In this document: piece by piece, positions 12,539 to 22,987 of the stretch
How positions within the stretch are numbered: position 1 is the stretch's first letter
Layout of the letters: every line of letters starts with the position of its first letter
DNA from: an uncultured Planctomycetaceae bacterium
Lineage (GTDB): Bacteria; Planctomycetota; Planctomycetia; Planctomycetales; Planctomycetaceae
Length of the DNA stretch: 64,000 bases
Direction: 5' to 3'
NCBI GenBank assembly: GCA_963813715.1
Contig: CAWFAK010000009.1
Coordinates: 224,001 to 288,000 of the forward strand
Position numbers and translations under genes: made by a program
The notes under the pieces: model-generated
The model's database searches: none
What the model was told of the DNA's origin: nothing
Seen by the model: the letters and a program-made list of their open reading frames with translations, nothing else

Positions 12539-12949
12539 TCAAGGTCCCAGTAGAGGAGGCGTCCAGGACCGAAATAGCGAGAAACGCACGTTGCGTCATC
12601 AGAGAACCAATGGACCTGGCAGTGATCCATTGGGCAACGGCCGCGTGGAGAGCACCGACAGGACTATAGCATTTCCGGCCGCAAGTTCAATGGAAGACAC
12701 GGGCCGACCTCGTTTTTCGGAGCCGAAATCCACTCGAAGGATCGCTCAAACATTCGGATCAGGTCGAGATTAACGCCCAACCTCTCTTCCACAACCGGCG
12801 ATTTCACCGATAATGCAGGATTCTCAGCCGATTCCCAAAGTCGCCGGGAGCTCAGCTTGGTCTCCGCAATACCTCTCGCGCCCGCGTCGACAAAGCATCT
12901 CGTAGCAAGTCCGTCGAAACCTGCCGCGACTTCGGTCGGCTTTCGTGGG

Positions 12950-13909
12950 ATGACGACTCCGTTCCGTGAGCCCAAGCTCCGGCGGAGCCTGTTCCAGCTG
13001 GCTGTGTCGATCGTTCCATTCTGCCTGTTGTGGACGTTGATGTGGTTCAGCCTCCGTTATTCTTACGCGATCACCCTGGTCTTGGCGGTTCCGGCGGCGG
13101 GGCTTCTGGTGCGACTCTTCATCCTTCAGCATGACTGTGGTCACGGCTCATTTTTCCGATCCAAAGCCGCCAACGATGCGCTGGGCCGCATGTTGTCCCT
13201 GTTCACTTTCACGCCGTATGACCGCTGGCGGAAGAATCATGCGATTCACCATGCCACCTCGGGCGATCTCGATCGTCGCGGGTGCGGCGACGTGCACTTG
13301 CTGACTGTCGGCGAGTATCGAAATCGCTCTGCCATTCGACGGCTGATGTATCGAATCCACCGGCACCCCTTGATTTTGTTCGGAATCGGCCCGTTCATCT
13401 ATTTTGTCGTCTTCCAACGCTTCACGTTTCACGACCCGCATCTCTCGAAGAAGGAGCGGGCCAGTGTCTATTGGACGAATCTCGCGCTCTTCGCGGCCAT
13501 CGCGTTCCTCTCGTGGCTCGTCGGATTCAAGGAATTCCTGCTGATTCATTTGCCGCCAATGGCGATCGCCGCGTCGGTCGGAGCATGGCTCTTCTACGTG
13601 CAGCACCACTTCGAATCGACGTATTGGAAGCGAAACGACCGCTGGGACTATTTCCAGGCCGGATTGGCCGGCAGTTCCCTTTACGACTTGCCCGCCGTGC
13701 TCCGCTGGTTCACTGCCAACATCGGGCTGCATCACGTCCACCATCTCGACAGCCAGATCCCCAACTACCGTCTGCAAGAATGCATGGATGCCAATCCCGA
13801 ATTGCAGCACGTCGCCCGACTGACACTTTGGGGCAGCCTGTCGTGCGCGTCTCTGAGGCTGTGGGACGAAGAAAAGTCCGAGATGGTCGGCCTTAGGGAC
13901 CGCGACTGA
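12950..13909 (+). CDS. Membrane fatty-acid desaturase (Des-like)
   Basis: His boxes HDCGH, HAIHH and HHVHH; IPNYRL. Confidence 0.93.
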   Translation: MTTPFREPKLRRSLFQLAVSIVPFCLLWTLMWFSLRYSYAITLVLAVPAAGLLVRLFILQHDCGHGSFFRSKAANDALGRMLSLFTFTPYDRWRKNHAIHHATSGDLDRRGCGDVHLLTVGEYRNRSAIRRLMYRIHRHPLILFGIGPFIYFVVFQRFTFHDPHLSKKERASVYWTNLALFAAIAFLSWLVGFKEFLLIHLPPMAIAASVGAWLFYVQHHFESTYWKRNDRWDYFQAGLAGSSLYDLPAVLRWFTANIGLHHVHHLDSQIPNYRLQECMDANPELQHVARLTLWGSLSCASLRLWDEEKSEMVGLRDRD

Positions 13910-13992
13910 GATGTCCGCCCAGCCCGCGCACGCACCCACCGCTTCGATTCGACGCCTCGCGTTCGCTGCCGGCGCAAATCTGGCCCTGAAAT

Positions 13993-14027
13993 AAAAAAGC
14001 CCTTCGACGCATCGCCGAAGGGCTTTT
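13993..14027. terminator. Bidirectional intrinsic terminator between the desaturase and tRNA-Pro
   Basis: aaaaaagcccttcg-N9-cgaagggctttt. Confidence 0.85.
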
Positions 14028-14037
14028 AGTCACCGCG

Positions 14038-14350
14038 AGTCGGGGCGACAGGATTCGAACCTGCGACATCCAGCTCCCAAAGCTGGCGCTCTAGCCAGGC
14101 TGAGCTACGCCCCGCGTCTGTTCTGTGCCGACACCCGGTCGAGGCGATGGGATCGCGCCGACCATTTTGTTGCGGCGTGATTGTACCGCGGCTCAAAGGG
14201 GCGTGCCACGGGCGTTAATTGGGTGGAACCGCTCCGGCATCGCGGTTTGGCGCCACCGGGGTCGCGATGAATTGGGAGTGCCGGCCGCCGGTTGCGACCT
14301 TCCGGCGGCCAGCGGTCCGGACGGGCGCGGGTCGACGCTTCGGTACGCGC
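14038..14350. repeat. ~310-bp direct repeat, left copy (tRNA-Pro plus upstream region)
   Basis: Aligns with 22007-22319; identical across the tRNA and increasingly diverged further upstream. Confidence 0.95.
14040..14114 (-). tRNA. tRNA-Pro (TGG), copy 1
   Basis: Reverse complement CGGGGCGTAGCTCAGCCTGGCTAGAGCGCCAGCTTTGGGAGCTGGATGTCGCAGGTTCGAATCCTGTCGCCCCGA; cloverleaf, TTC T-loop, CCA not encoded. Confidence 0.96.
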
Positions 14351-14400
14351 AAAAAGCATCGGCATCTTCTTCGCACTGCCAGATCTACTGAGCAGGCTCT

Positions 14401-16308
14401 TCATCGCTTAATGTACTCCCCGGGACTTTTGATTTTTTCAGGAGACTCTCGCGCGAGTTTCATAAATTCGTCGATGCAGGGAGGGCAGCAGAAACGGTAT
14501 GTCTTTCCGCCCACGATCCATGTGCATTGTGCATTGGCTTTGGTGAGCGTGATCGGACAAATCGGGTCTCCTGGCTTGGGCTTGAAGTCGTGGGCGGAAT
14601 GAAAGCCGCGGTATTTTTCGGCCGCCGTGGTCGAACCGTTGGCCGCGACGTCGGCCGCGGTGTAGAGGCCCTTGGGCGTCAGATATAAATCCCGCGCCGC
14701 ATCGGCTGTCACCGTTTGCGGCATCGGTGTGTTCTCCGCTTCGAACGCGAAACGAAAACGCTCCTTGGAACTGAAGCTCGCCCGCATCCGCCGCTCAGCA
14801 CGGCCGATTTCCGCGACCAAACCGTGAACTGCGTCCTTGTCATCGTTGGCCAACTCATGCTCCAGGAGTTCCAATTGGTCCTCGACGGCTTTTGCCGTCG
14901 ACCGCTGGTAATCGCTTAAGTGCCACGTCCGCAGATAGACTCCGACTTGCAGCTTGCGGACCCAGTCGGCGTAAATCGGGATCCAATGCTCGGCGTGCTT
15001 GCGGTCGCCCGAGAGCGCCGCCGCGAGCGTTTCGGTTTGTGCGTTCGAGATCTGCTCGAAGGCCTCGCTCGATTGAGGGTAGTAGGTGTAACAGCCGACG
15101 ACGCTAACGCCGATCAACACGAGCAGCGCCGCGATTCCGAGGGTCAACGCCGATAGCGATTTGTTGTACCAGGCCGGAGTTGCGGCGGCCGCAGGAAGTG
15201 GCCGCTCGAGCCAGTCCTCGATGCGAATGCGGCGATCGAGCAGGCGCAGGGCAACGCCGACGAGCAATGCCGCTCCGAGGAACAGGGCGCCGTAGAGCTC
15301 ATGCACCTGAGTGTCCTGGCGAAGCTTATTCCAAACGACTTGCCCGAGACCGGTCATGCCGAAGGGGAATGGCCGGCAGTAAATGTCGAATGCATGCGTG
15401 TGATCGGCGGGTTCGATTTCCGACGGATAAAGCGGTCTTTCGACGCCGTACGAAAGCAGGAGAACGATACTCAACAACAGGCCCAGCCAGGCGGCCGCCT
15501 TTTTCCATCCGTAGGTCCGTTGCATCCAGAGTACGAGACCCAGGTTCGTGCCCGCGCCTAGCGTCAGCAGGGTGAAGGCTGCGCCGACGGAGTTGCCGTG
15601 CTGAAACATGGACCCCAACTGCGACATGGCCATCATCGGAGTCGCGTAGGCGGGGACGGCGATCGCCGCCATTAGGAGCGGCGCCCAGGGATTTTGGTGG
15701 CTCATCGTGCTTTGCAGCGAATTGTGCGGCAGCACGCAGCTCAACGCGACAACTCCCATGACTCCGACAACAATGAACAACAGGCTGGGACCGGCAATTT
15801 CCCGGGTGCCGACGACGGCGACGGCCAGCATGCGGCGGAGGCCTCGCGGAACTGGTTGCGGCGGAGTTTCGGCCGTGCCGGAATCTGGAAAGAGTCGATC
15901 CCAAATCAGCCCGACAACCGTGACGACGAGCAGTGTGCATAGCCCAAACGCGAGAATTGTTATGGGTTCCGATAAAGTCAGCCCGTAGAGCAGCGACAAG
16001 GGGTTAAACAGCGGAGCCGCCAAGGCGAATGCCAGAATCGTTCCCCCGCTCAAGCCGGCGCGTCGCATCTCTCGAGCGACGGGAATCACGCCCAGCGAAC
16101 AGATTGGAAGCACCATTCCGATCGCCCACGCGCGAGGGATTGCGGCACGCGTCCCATGGCCGAATAGCGTGCGAATCGCATCGGGTCCGAGCAAACGCCG
16201 AAAGACGCCGGCAATCACCAGGCCGGTCAATATGAACGGCGAAGCTTGAAGCAGACACTGCGCTCCCCGCAGCATTCCGCCCCAAAAAAATGTGTCGAAA
16301 ATCGCCAT
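14401..16308 (-). CDS. Predicted permease (DUF318/ArsP-like) fused to a C-terminal Cys-rich YHS/TRASH-like domain
   Basis: GMVLPICSLGVIP and FALAAPLFNP motifs, many TM helices, DHTHAFD, C-terminal ICPIT...TYRFCCPPCIDEF. Confidence 0.8.
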   Translation of the reverse strand: MAIFDTFFWGGMLRGAQCLLQASPFILTGLVIAGVFRRLLGPDAIRTLFGHGTRAAIPRAWAIGMVLPICSLGVIPVAREMRRAGLSGGTILAFALAAPLFNPLSLLYGLTLSEPITILAFGLCTLLVVTVVGLIWDRLFPDSGTAETPPQPVPRGLRRMLAVAVVGTREIAGPSLLFIVVGVMGVVALSCVLPHNSLQSTMSHQNPWAPLLMAAIAVPAYATPMMAMSQLGSMFQHGNSVGAAFTLLTLGAGTNLGLVLWMQRTYGWKKAAAWLGLLLSIVLLLSYGVERPLYPSEIEPADHTHAFDIYCRPFPFGMTGLGQVVWNKLRQDTQVHELYGALFLGAALLVGVALRLLDRRIRIEDWLERPLPAAAATPAWYNKSLSALTLGIAALLVLIGVSVVGCYTYYPQSSEAFEQISNAQTETLAAALSGDRKHAEHWIPIYADWVRKLQVGVYLRTWHLSDYQRSTAKAVEDQLELLEHELANDDKDAVHGLVAEIGRAERRMRASFSSKERFRFAFEAENTPMPQTVTADAARDLYLTPKGLYTAADVAANGSTTAAEKYRGFHSAHDFKPKPGDPICPITLTKANAQCTWIVGGKTYRFCCPPCIDEFMKLARESPEKIKSPGEYIKR

Positions 16309-16324
16309 GTCAGCACCTTCAGAC

Positions 16325-17320
16325 TCAGCGTTTGGTCGGAGTGACGGGAACCGCAACGGCTGCAATGATTTCCGCGACGAATCGCTCGGCCGATTCAAAA
16401 TCGCCCACCAGGCGCACCGATAAAACGGGGACTGCAACGTCTTGGATGTCATCAGGTGTGACGAACTCGCGTCCTTGAAGCAGCGCGCGGGCTTGCGCCA
16501 CGCGCTGCCAGGTCAGGAGCCCGCGGGGACTCAGTCCCAATCGCACGGCTCGGTGTTCGCGAGTCGCCCGCCCCAGGTCGACCAGGTATTCGAGCAGGCT
16601 TTCGGTGACGGCAACGCGACTGACCTGGTCCTGAAGTTCAGCCAACGCCAACCGATCCACGGATTGGAGGTCGGCCGAGTGGGCATCCCGGCCGATCCTT
16701 GAAGCCAAGAGGCTCAACTCACTGGATCGGTCGGGATATCCGATCCGCACTTTCATTGCGAATCGATCGAGCTGAGCCTCGGGAAGCGGGTACGCCCCGT
16801 GACTCTCGACCGGGTTTTGCGTGGCAATGACGAAGAATGAGCCGGAAAGAGCTCGGCTGGCCCCGTCGATCGTCACCTGCCGCTCGGCCATCGCTTCAAA
16901 CAGGGCGCTTTGAGTTCGGGGTGTCGCGCGATTGATCTCGTCGGCCAAGAGCACGTCGGAAAACACCGGGCCTGGGAGAAACTCGAACTCGCGCGTCTTC
17001 TGATTGAAGATGTTGAAACCGGTAATGTCGCCCGGGAGGAGATCGGGTGTGCATTGCACGCGCGCGAATCGCCCGCCGACTGCGTGCGCCAGAGCCTTCG
17101 CCAGCGTGGTTTTCCCCAGTCCCGGCAGGTCGTCGAACAACAGATGGCCGCGCGCCAACAAACACGCGAGCACGAGCTCCGTGACTTCCTCTTTACCCAT
17201 AAGCGCGGAATTGAGTGCGCGGCGGAGTTCGCCAACGACGGGTCTACCCTCGCCGGGAGAATGCGCCGTCTGCGATTTGTGGCGGTGTCCGTCGTGCTTC
17301 GATTCCAAGCTTGTCGGCAT
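16325..17320 (-). CDS. MoxR-family AAA+ ATPase
   Basis: GHLLFDDLPGLGKT (Walker A), RVQCTPDLLPGD, LLADEINRA, ATQNP, LPEAQLDRF. Confidence 0.95.
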   Translation of the reverse strand: MPTSLESKHDGHRHKSQTAHSPGEGRPVVGELRRALNSALMGKEEVTELVLACLLARGHLLFDDLPGLGKTTLAKALAHAVGGRFARVQCTPDLLPGDITGFNIFNQKTREFEFLPGPVFSDVLLADEINRATPRTQSALFEAMAERQVTIDGASRALSGSFFVIATQNPVESHGAYPLPEAQLDRFAMKVRIGYPDRSSELSLLASRIGRDAHSADLQSVDRLALAELQDQVSRVAVTESLLEYLVDLGRATREHRAVRLGLSPRGLLTWQRVAQARALLQGREFVTPDDIQDVAVPVLSVRLVGDFESAERFVAEIIAAVAVPVTPTKR

Positions 17321-17342
17321 TCGAACCTCGTTTCTCTGTCAC

Positions 17343-19671
17343 TCAGAACACGCTTTGGCCCTGCATCGCAGCCAGCGAGGCCGCGCGGATTGCTTTGCGA
17401 CACACCTTGTGCACCTCAGTCTCTGGGACCGGGCATGCACTGACTTGCTGGGGGGCGTAAAGAACCCAGTCAAACAAATCGATCAGTCGTGAGTCGGACT
17501 CTGCACAGTTGGCGCTGAGAGCGCGAATCCGGGGACCGTGCCATTGGGCGAGTGTTCGATCGCGGGGCCGACCGAATCCGGCAAGGCGAGCACGCTGTTC
17601 CAATAGCCACATCGTCGCCAGCACTGCGTGACGGGGGCCGCCGAGCAATCGTCCGCGCCAAACCAGGCCGGCAACTTGATCGAGCAGGCGTCGTCGTCGC
17701 CAGGCTGCCGCAAACAACAAGGCCACGCCGAAGCCTGCGACCAGCCAATGCGCGCGAAGGGTTTTCTGCACGTGTGTGAGGAAGGCCGCAGGCCATCTCG
17801 CCATAAGTGCGGGCCATTCGTGGAGGTTCATAACCGGGTGTGGGTTCAATCGGATACCAGACTCCACTGGAGATCTCGACCTCCATCCAAAAGTGACCAT
17901 CCTCGCCCGAGACGGACGTCTGCCCCGCACGTCGGTCGTAACGCTTCGGGTCCGCGTAAAATCCGCTGACGGCGCGGGTCGGATAGCCGAGCGATCGAAG
18001 GATCAATCCAGCCGCGCTGACAAACAGGTAGTCGGGGCCTCGCCGCTCGCGAAAAAAGTGTCCGACGACGTCACGGCGATTGGGCGCCGCCAAAGCGTCA
18101 TCATCGAGAGTGAACTCATTTCGCAAGTGCTCAACCACCGCCTCGATCTGGGGCCAGCCGCGCGGCACGCCTTCGGTCCACTGAGTTCCCAGAGCCTTGG
18201 CTTCACTGACCGATGAGACATCGGGAAGCCGCGTCCAGAGAGCATTTTGGTCTCGAGGCAAATAGGGTGGGCGATGACGCACGGCGTCCGCGGCGATCAC
18301 GACGTTGACGAGGTCGATCGCCGTAAACTGGGGGATCCAGTCGCGGCCATGCATTTCCAGAACGCCGTCTGGTGTCCACTTGAAGAAACTGAGGCGATTG
18401 ACCCGATCGATGTGAAGGGAGCTCAAGAGCGGCGGCGAGGGAAATCGCGGCGATTTAAGGTTAATGATCTTGACGGAGTGGCGTTCCGCATCGACGACCC
18501 AGTTCTTGGGCACGGCGGTGAATTCAAGCCAGGGATTATCATCCGCCTCGTCCAGGGAGAGCGATGGCAGTGATTTGACTTCGGCTTCCTGGAACCAGGT
18601 GGCTCCGTCGAAGGCGTCATATCTTTCCATCGCCAAGTGCAGCGGCACCGGGCCTTTCAGGTAGAACAAGGCGTCGGACTCGGTGCCGTGAGGGCGGCTT
18701 TTCGCCTGAGCCGTGCGGCGGCGCACTGTCGAAAACTCACGGCCGGATCGCTTCGAATCGCTCGCTTTTTGATTCGGATCAGAGCTGACTTTGCCGCTTA
18801 ACGCGACCGCCCGCCCGACGCGCTGGGCCTTGGTAAGCGGCTCGCCATAACGGTCGTCGAGCATGTCGTAAAGGCTGGGCATCTGCGACTCGAGAAACGT
18901 CCCCGACTCGACCGGGCCGAACGACATCGGGTTTTGCTTTGCGGCGACCAGCATGTCGCCGTCGCCAACCCCCTGTCGCGCGTACGGGTCGGATTGGTGC
19001 TGCCCGCCCGAAGTCGGCATAAACCCGGGCATGGCCACCAACTCGCTGCGCACACCAGCAACGAGAGCGGCGGAGAGAATCATCAACACGCAAACGCCAA
19101 CCAACACTCCAGCGCGAACCGGCGTGTGGCGATGACATTCGACAGCGACGTGTCCTTGCAGTCGTTCCCAGTACGCGGCCATCAAGACCCAAAGGCCGAC
19201 GACCGCATAGATCGACGCGGGCACGAAGGCCGCGAGATGGTCTTCAATCGCGATGCAAAACAGCGTGAGAAAGCCGCTGAAGAGATACGAGGCGTGCCCA
19301 AAACCCCGCCGGCGGGAAAATACGGCCGTTCCGAGGGCCGCATTGCGCATGACCGCTAGCAGCACCAGCTCGAATGCCTCGCCGTCGCCGGTCAAGGTTC
19401 GCAGCGCTGTTTCGATCACTGGCGGCAGTGTCAGAAAGGCCGCTAATGCGATCGCTAGCGTGGCCCGAGGGCGCGGCCGGTCGAGACCGTCGCGCCGGCA
19501 CTCCCAGTAGAGACCTGCAAAAGCGATCGCGGTCGCGCTTAACTCAATCGCGACGTTCCACCATCGTTCACGTGAAGCACGGCGCACGACCTGAAAGGTC
19601 CCGGCGGCAAGTGCCGCCAGGATCAAACACGATGCACGCCGATCCGGCTTAGTTGTGCGACCAACCGTCAT
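17343..19671 (-). CDS. Membrane-anchored transglutaminase-like (TgpA-type) protein (frameshift near 17780)
   Basis: N-terminal TM helices; RRGPDYLFVSAAGLILRSLGYPTRAVSGFY...HFWMEV...EPTPGY core; C-terminal TM in ORF 17343..17930. Confidence 0.8.
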
Positions 19672-20936
19672 GACAAAGTTGCTCCCACCGCCGCGTCAGG
19701 CTCATCAGTGGATCTTCCCGCCCGTCGATGACCAGGCACGCTCTCCGAAGCGACGAGCAATCGTCCGGCTGCTGCCTCGCGACCGCTGCCTTAGGTCCCT
19801 CTCCGTACGCGTCGAGGACGACAAATTGCGTGTCGCGATCGCGTTGGAACTTGCACCTCCATTCGGCAACCCTTGCCGGAGTGGTCACGACGAAGGCGAG
19901 CGCGCGATCAGCACCGTCGTGCCGGCAGGTTTCGCACTCACATTTGCCATCCGGCGACCAGACCGCCAAAGCATCCATCATCCGCTTCAGTCCCCGTTCT
20001 CCCGGGTTCGCGAGAACAAAGCGGTCGCCAAGGCAAAGTTGCGTATCGGCATGATGCGAGTGGAATTGCCGGCCGATCGAGGCGACGACGCGAATCAGAT
20101 TCTCGCAAGCTTCGCTTGACCTGCCCTGTTGACGCTCGGCGCCGGTATCGAAGATCAACTGGACACGTCGCCTCGCGCTGGCTTGCCGCTCGCAGACCAC
20201 GAGGCGATCATGCCGGGCCGTCTGGGACCAGTGCACGTGTCGTAGGGAATCGCCGTGCCGAAACGGGCGCAGGCCGGTTACATCGCCCTCGTCTCCGACG
20301 TGCCGGCTGTGTGCCGCGGCAATCGACAGCGACTCGCCGAGAATCGGAGGAATCGACTGCAGGCATGCCGTACGGGGCCACACCAGCAGTTCGTCTTCGA
20401 CGTCGATTTCGGCCTGAGCCTGCCACAGACCGAATGGGAATCCCGTTGCCAGCCGCGGTGTCTCGAGCGGATAACGTCCGCGCCGCGGAGGACAAAACTC
20501 CCACTCAAAGACGGTCCGTGACCAACCCGCGACCCGCGCCAAGCTAGCGGCGGGCTTCGAGTCCTCGCCATCCGCCGGCAAAAAGAAGCCGCGCTCGACC
20601 ATGAGGCCCCAAAGAGGCCACGGGCCAGCGATTGGAGACCGCAATCCGCACACGGACGACCGAGCCCTCGGTCGCCCGTGGCCGATCGAACGACAGTGAG
20701 CACGAGACTGCTCGCATCGCGATCCGCGGCCAGGCGATTCCAATCAGCGCCACTGCAATCAATGCGGCGCAAACGATCAGGGCTTGAGGCGCCACGCTGA
20801 TGCCAATCACCAGAGCTGCCGCGGCTCCCAGCGCAAACCAACCAACCGGCTGCTTGAGCCAGTAGACATAGCGGTTGGCCCACGGACAGAAATCGTGATT
20901 CAAGAAGCTGGCTAAGCGCTCGACGCAATGGACCAT
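19649..20936 (-). CDS. DUF58 domain protein (frameshift near 20620)
   Basis: RRGRYPL..TGFPFGL, LLVWP, GLRPFRHGDSLRHVHWSQTAR; GGAGAGG SD before the ATG at 20936. Confidence 0.85.
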
Positions 20937-21221
20937 GACCTCTCCCTGCACGGATTCGACCGCTGGGGACATGCCGCGCAGCCGCGTTGCGATGAACGCA
21001 GGCGCCGCAACGCACGATGCGGAACAAGTCCACGATCCTGGACTAGGTGCTGCAGTTTTTCGCGCCCAGTGCCTGAAGCGAAACCAGCCGTCAGCCAGTG
21101 CCCGTGGTGTGAGTCGAGGTCCAAGACCGATTCGAGAAACGGATCGACGACCGTTCGAACACCACGGCCAAGGCGCAGACCGATGACGCTACGTCGCGCG
21201 AAATTGAGGGACCTCGATCAG

Positions 21222-21629
21222 CTAAGCGGGAGGTCCGCGAGAGAGGGGCAGAGAGGGCCGCGGCGGCGCGCAAAAAGCGGGCACTCGCCGCTCGATGAGG
21301 TAGACCACACCGACGTTTTCAACGACCGTGAAGGTCGCCGGAGCGACGCCTTTAACCGCCAACAGGCGACAGGCAAAGCACGAGTCCTCGCACCGCGTTG
21401 GGCCGTGCGGACGGTGATGTGAATCTCCGTCTTCCCCGGCATGACCGCCTTCCGCGCAGCAGTCATTGCAATCCGCATTGGCCGCTACATCGCGAGCTTC
21501 GCGGGTGCATCCCGAACAATGATGCGCAGAATGGTCGTGCAGAGCCTGGACACCCACCGTCGCCAGCAGGTAGCCGACAAGCGAAAGGACAACCTTTACC
21601 CGCTTGGAGCGCATCATGACACGAGCCAT
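21222..21629 (-). CDS. Small His/Cys-rich protein with signal/TM segment, CxxC and C-terminal RGPP (DUF2946/CruR/CutF-like leader)
   Basis: Hydrophobic N-terminus, HDHSAHHCSGC, CNDCC, CFAC, ends ...PLSRGPPA*. Confidence 0.75.
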   Translation of the reverse strand: MARVMMRSKRVKVVLSLVGYLLATVGVQALHDHSAHHCSGCTREARDVAANADCNDCCAEGGHAGEDGDSHHRPHGPTRCEDSCFACRLLAVKGVAPATFTVVENVGVVYLIERRVPAFCAPPRPSLPLSRGPPA

Positions 21630-21673
21630 TGGCTCCCATTAGATCGCCGACCACAACGAAAGTGAAGTGCAAG

Positions 21674-21688
21674 TGCAACTGAGTTGCA
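21674..21688. promoter_or_regulatory. Perfect 7-1-7 palindrome, Fur/Zur-family-like operator
   Basis: TGCAACT-G-AGTTGCA in an AT-rich stretch about 45 bp upstream of the cassette's first gene. Confidence 0.65.
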
Positions 21689-22006
21689 TTATTTAGCTCA
21701 AAAAGAATTCCTCAGTTTCGAGCCCCGGACGGGAGCAACAGACAACACTCGTCATTAAGTCAATGGAGACGGCACTCGAATCCGAGCCCGAGTAGGGAGC
21801 CGTTTGGGTGTGTGGGGGCATTTCGCAAGTACGTGTTGCGCGATGCCGAAAGCCAGCGACAAGTCGCGCTGGACGCGGGCGAGGTGCTCGAGCGTTTCCA
21901 GGCGTACCGCGCGAGCCATCAGCCCACAGGGCCGGATGAGCATCGTTTGCTCAACCAATCGGATCGAGAAGAATCCGGATCGGAGGGCACGTCGTTAAGA
22001 AATGTA

Positions 22007-22319
22007 AGTCGGGGCGACAGGATTCGAACCTGCGACATCCAGCTCCCAAAGCTGGCGCTCTAGCCAGGCTGAGCTACGCCCCGCGTCTGTTTCTGTGCCG
22101 ACACCCGGTCGAGGCGATGGGATCGCGCCGACCATTTTGTCGCGGCGTGATTGTACCGCGGCTCAAACGCGCCTGCCACGGGGGTTATTCCGGTGGGGCC
22201 ACTCCGGCACCGCGGTTTGGCGCCACCGAGATGCGATGAATTGGGAGTGTCAGCTGCGGGTTGCGACCTTCCGGCGGCCAGCGGACCGGAGTGGCGGGGG
22301 GCGACGCTTCGGTACGCGC
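22007..22319. repeat. ~310-bp direct repeat, right copy
   Basis: Aligns with 14038-14350. Confidence 0.95.
22009..22083 (-). tRNA. tRNA-Pro (TGG), copy 2
   Basis: Identical to copy 1. Confidence 0.96.
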
Positions 22320-22513
22320 GGTCAGCCCATTACGCTGGCACCCGGCGTTCGATCGGCCAAAGTTGCCGAAATGTAATCGGATCTCCGGCCCCCAGGAGCT
22401 TTGGACGGGGTTTGTTGATTTAGGGGCCCGTTCAGCGAAAATGAAGTGAGAGCACTTCGTCCCAATCTCGATGTCGCAGTCTCGATGTCCCAGTCTCGAT
22501 CGAGGTCGTCATA

Positions 22514-22987
22514 ATGCAGCCAGCGCGCGTTGCCGTTGCCGCCACCGTTTTGCTCACTGTCGCCGTCGCGTTCCCCTCCCCTTCCCAGGCCCAAAACCCG
22601 TATCGCCAAAACCGCCGCAACGCCCTCAGGGCCAGTCGGCCCTATATGCCCGCGGGAGCCTACGGGGCTCGGCCGGCCAACCCGGCCGACGTGCAGGCGG
22701 TGACCCAGGCGTATCGACTGCTGGAGCAAGCCGACCACGACTATCAGGGGCATCGCGCCAAGGCGATGAAGCACCTCCACCAGGCGGGCAAGGTCCTCGG
22801 AGTGATGTTGAAGGGGGACGGCAAGACCAAGGAACAGCAGGGAACGTCGGACGAGCTGCTCAAACAGGCCCAGACCGTTCTGCAGAAGTTCAACGCGAGC
22901 GGAGCGTCCGGCGTGCGTCACAACAAGGCCATGACCCACATCCAAAACGCCCTCGGCGAGCTCAATACGGCCCTGACGATTAAGTGA
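22514..22987 (+). CDS. Secreted helical hypothetical protein
   Basis: Signal peptide (..SQAQ); two similar His-containing helical units (HRAKAMKHLHQA and HNKAMTHIQNA). Confidence 0.75.
   Translation: MQPARVAVAATVLLTVAVAFPSPSQAQNPYRQNRRNALRASRPYMPAGAYGARPANPADVQAVTQAYRLLEQADHDYQGHRAKAMKHLHQAGKVLGVMLKGDGKTKEQQGTSDELLKQAQTVLQKFNASGASGVRHNKAMTHIQNALGELNTALTIK

Noticed and set aside
21755..22006. Integrase remnant next to tRNA-Pro copy 2
   Set aside because: The short ORFs show no recognisable tyrosine or serine recombinase motif.
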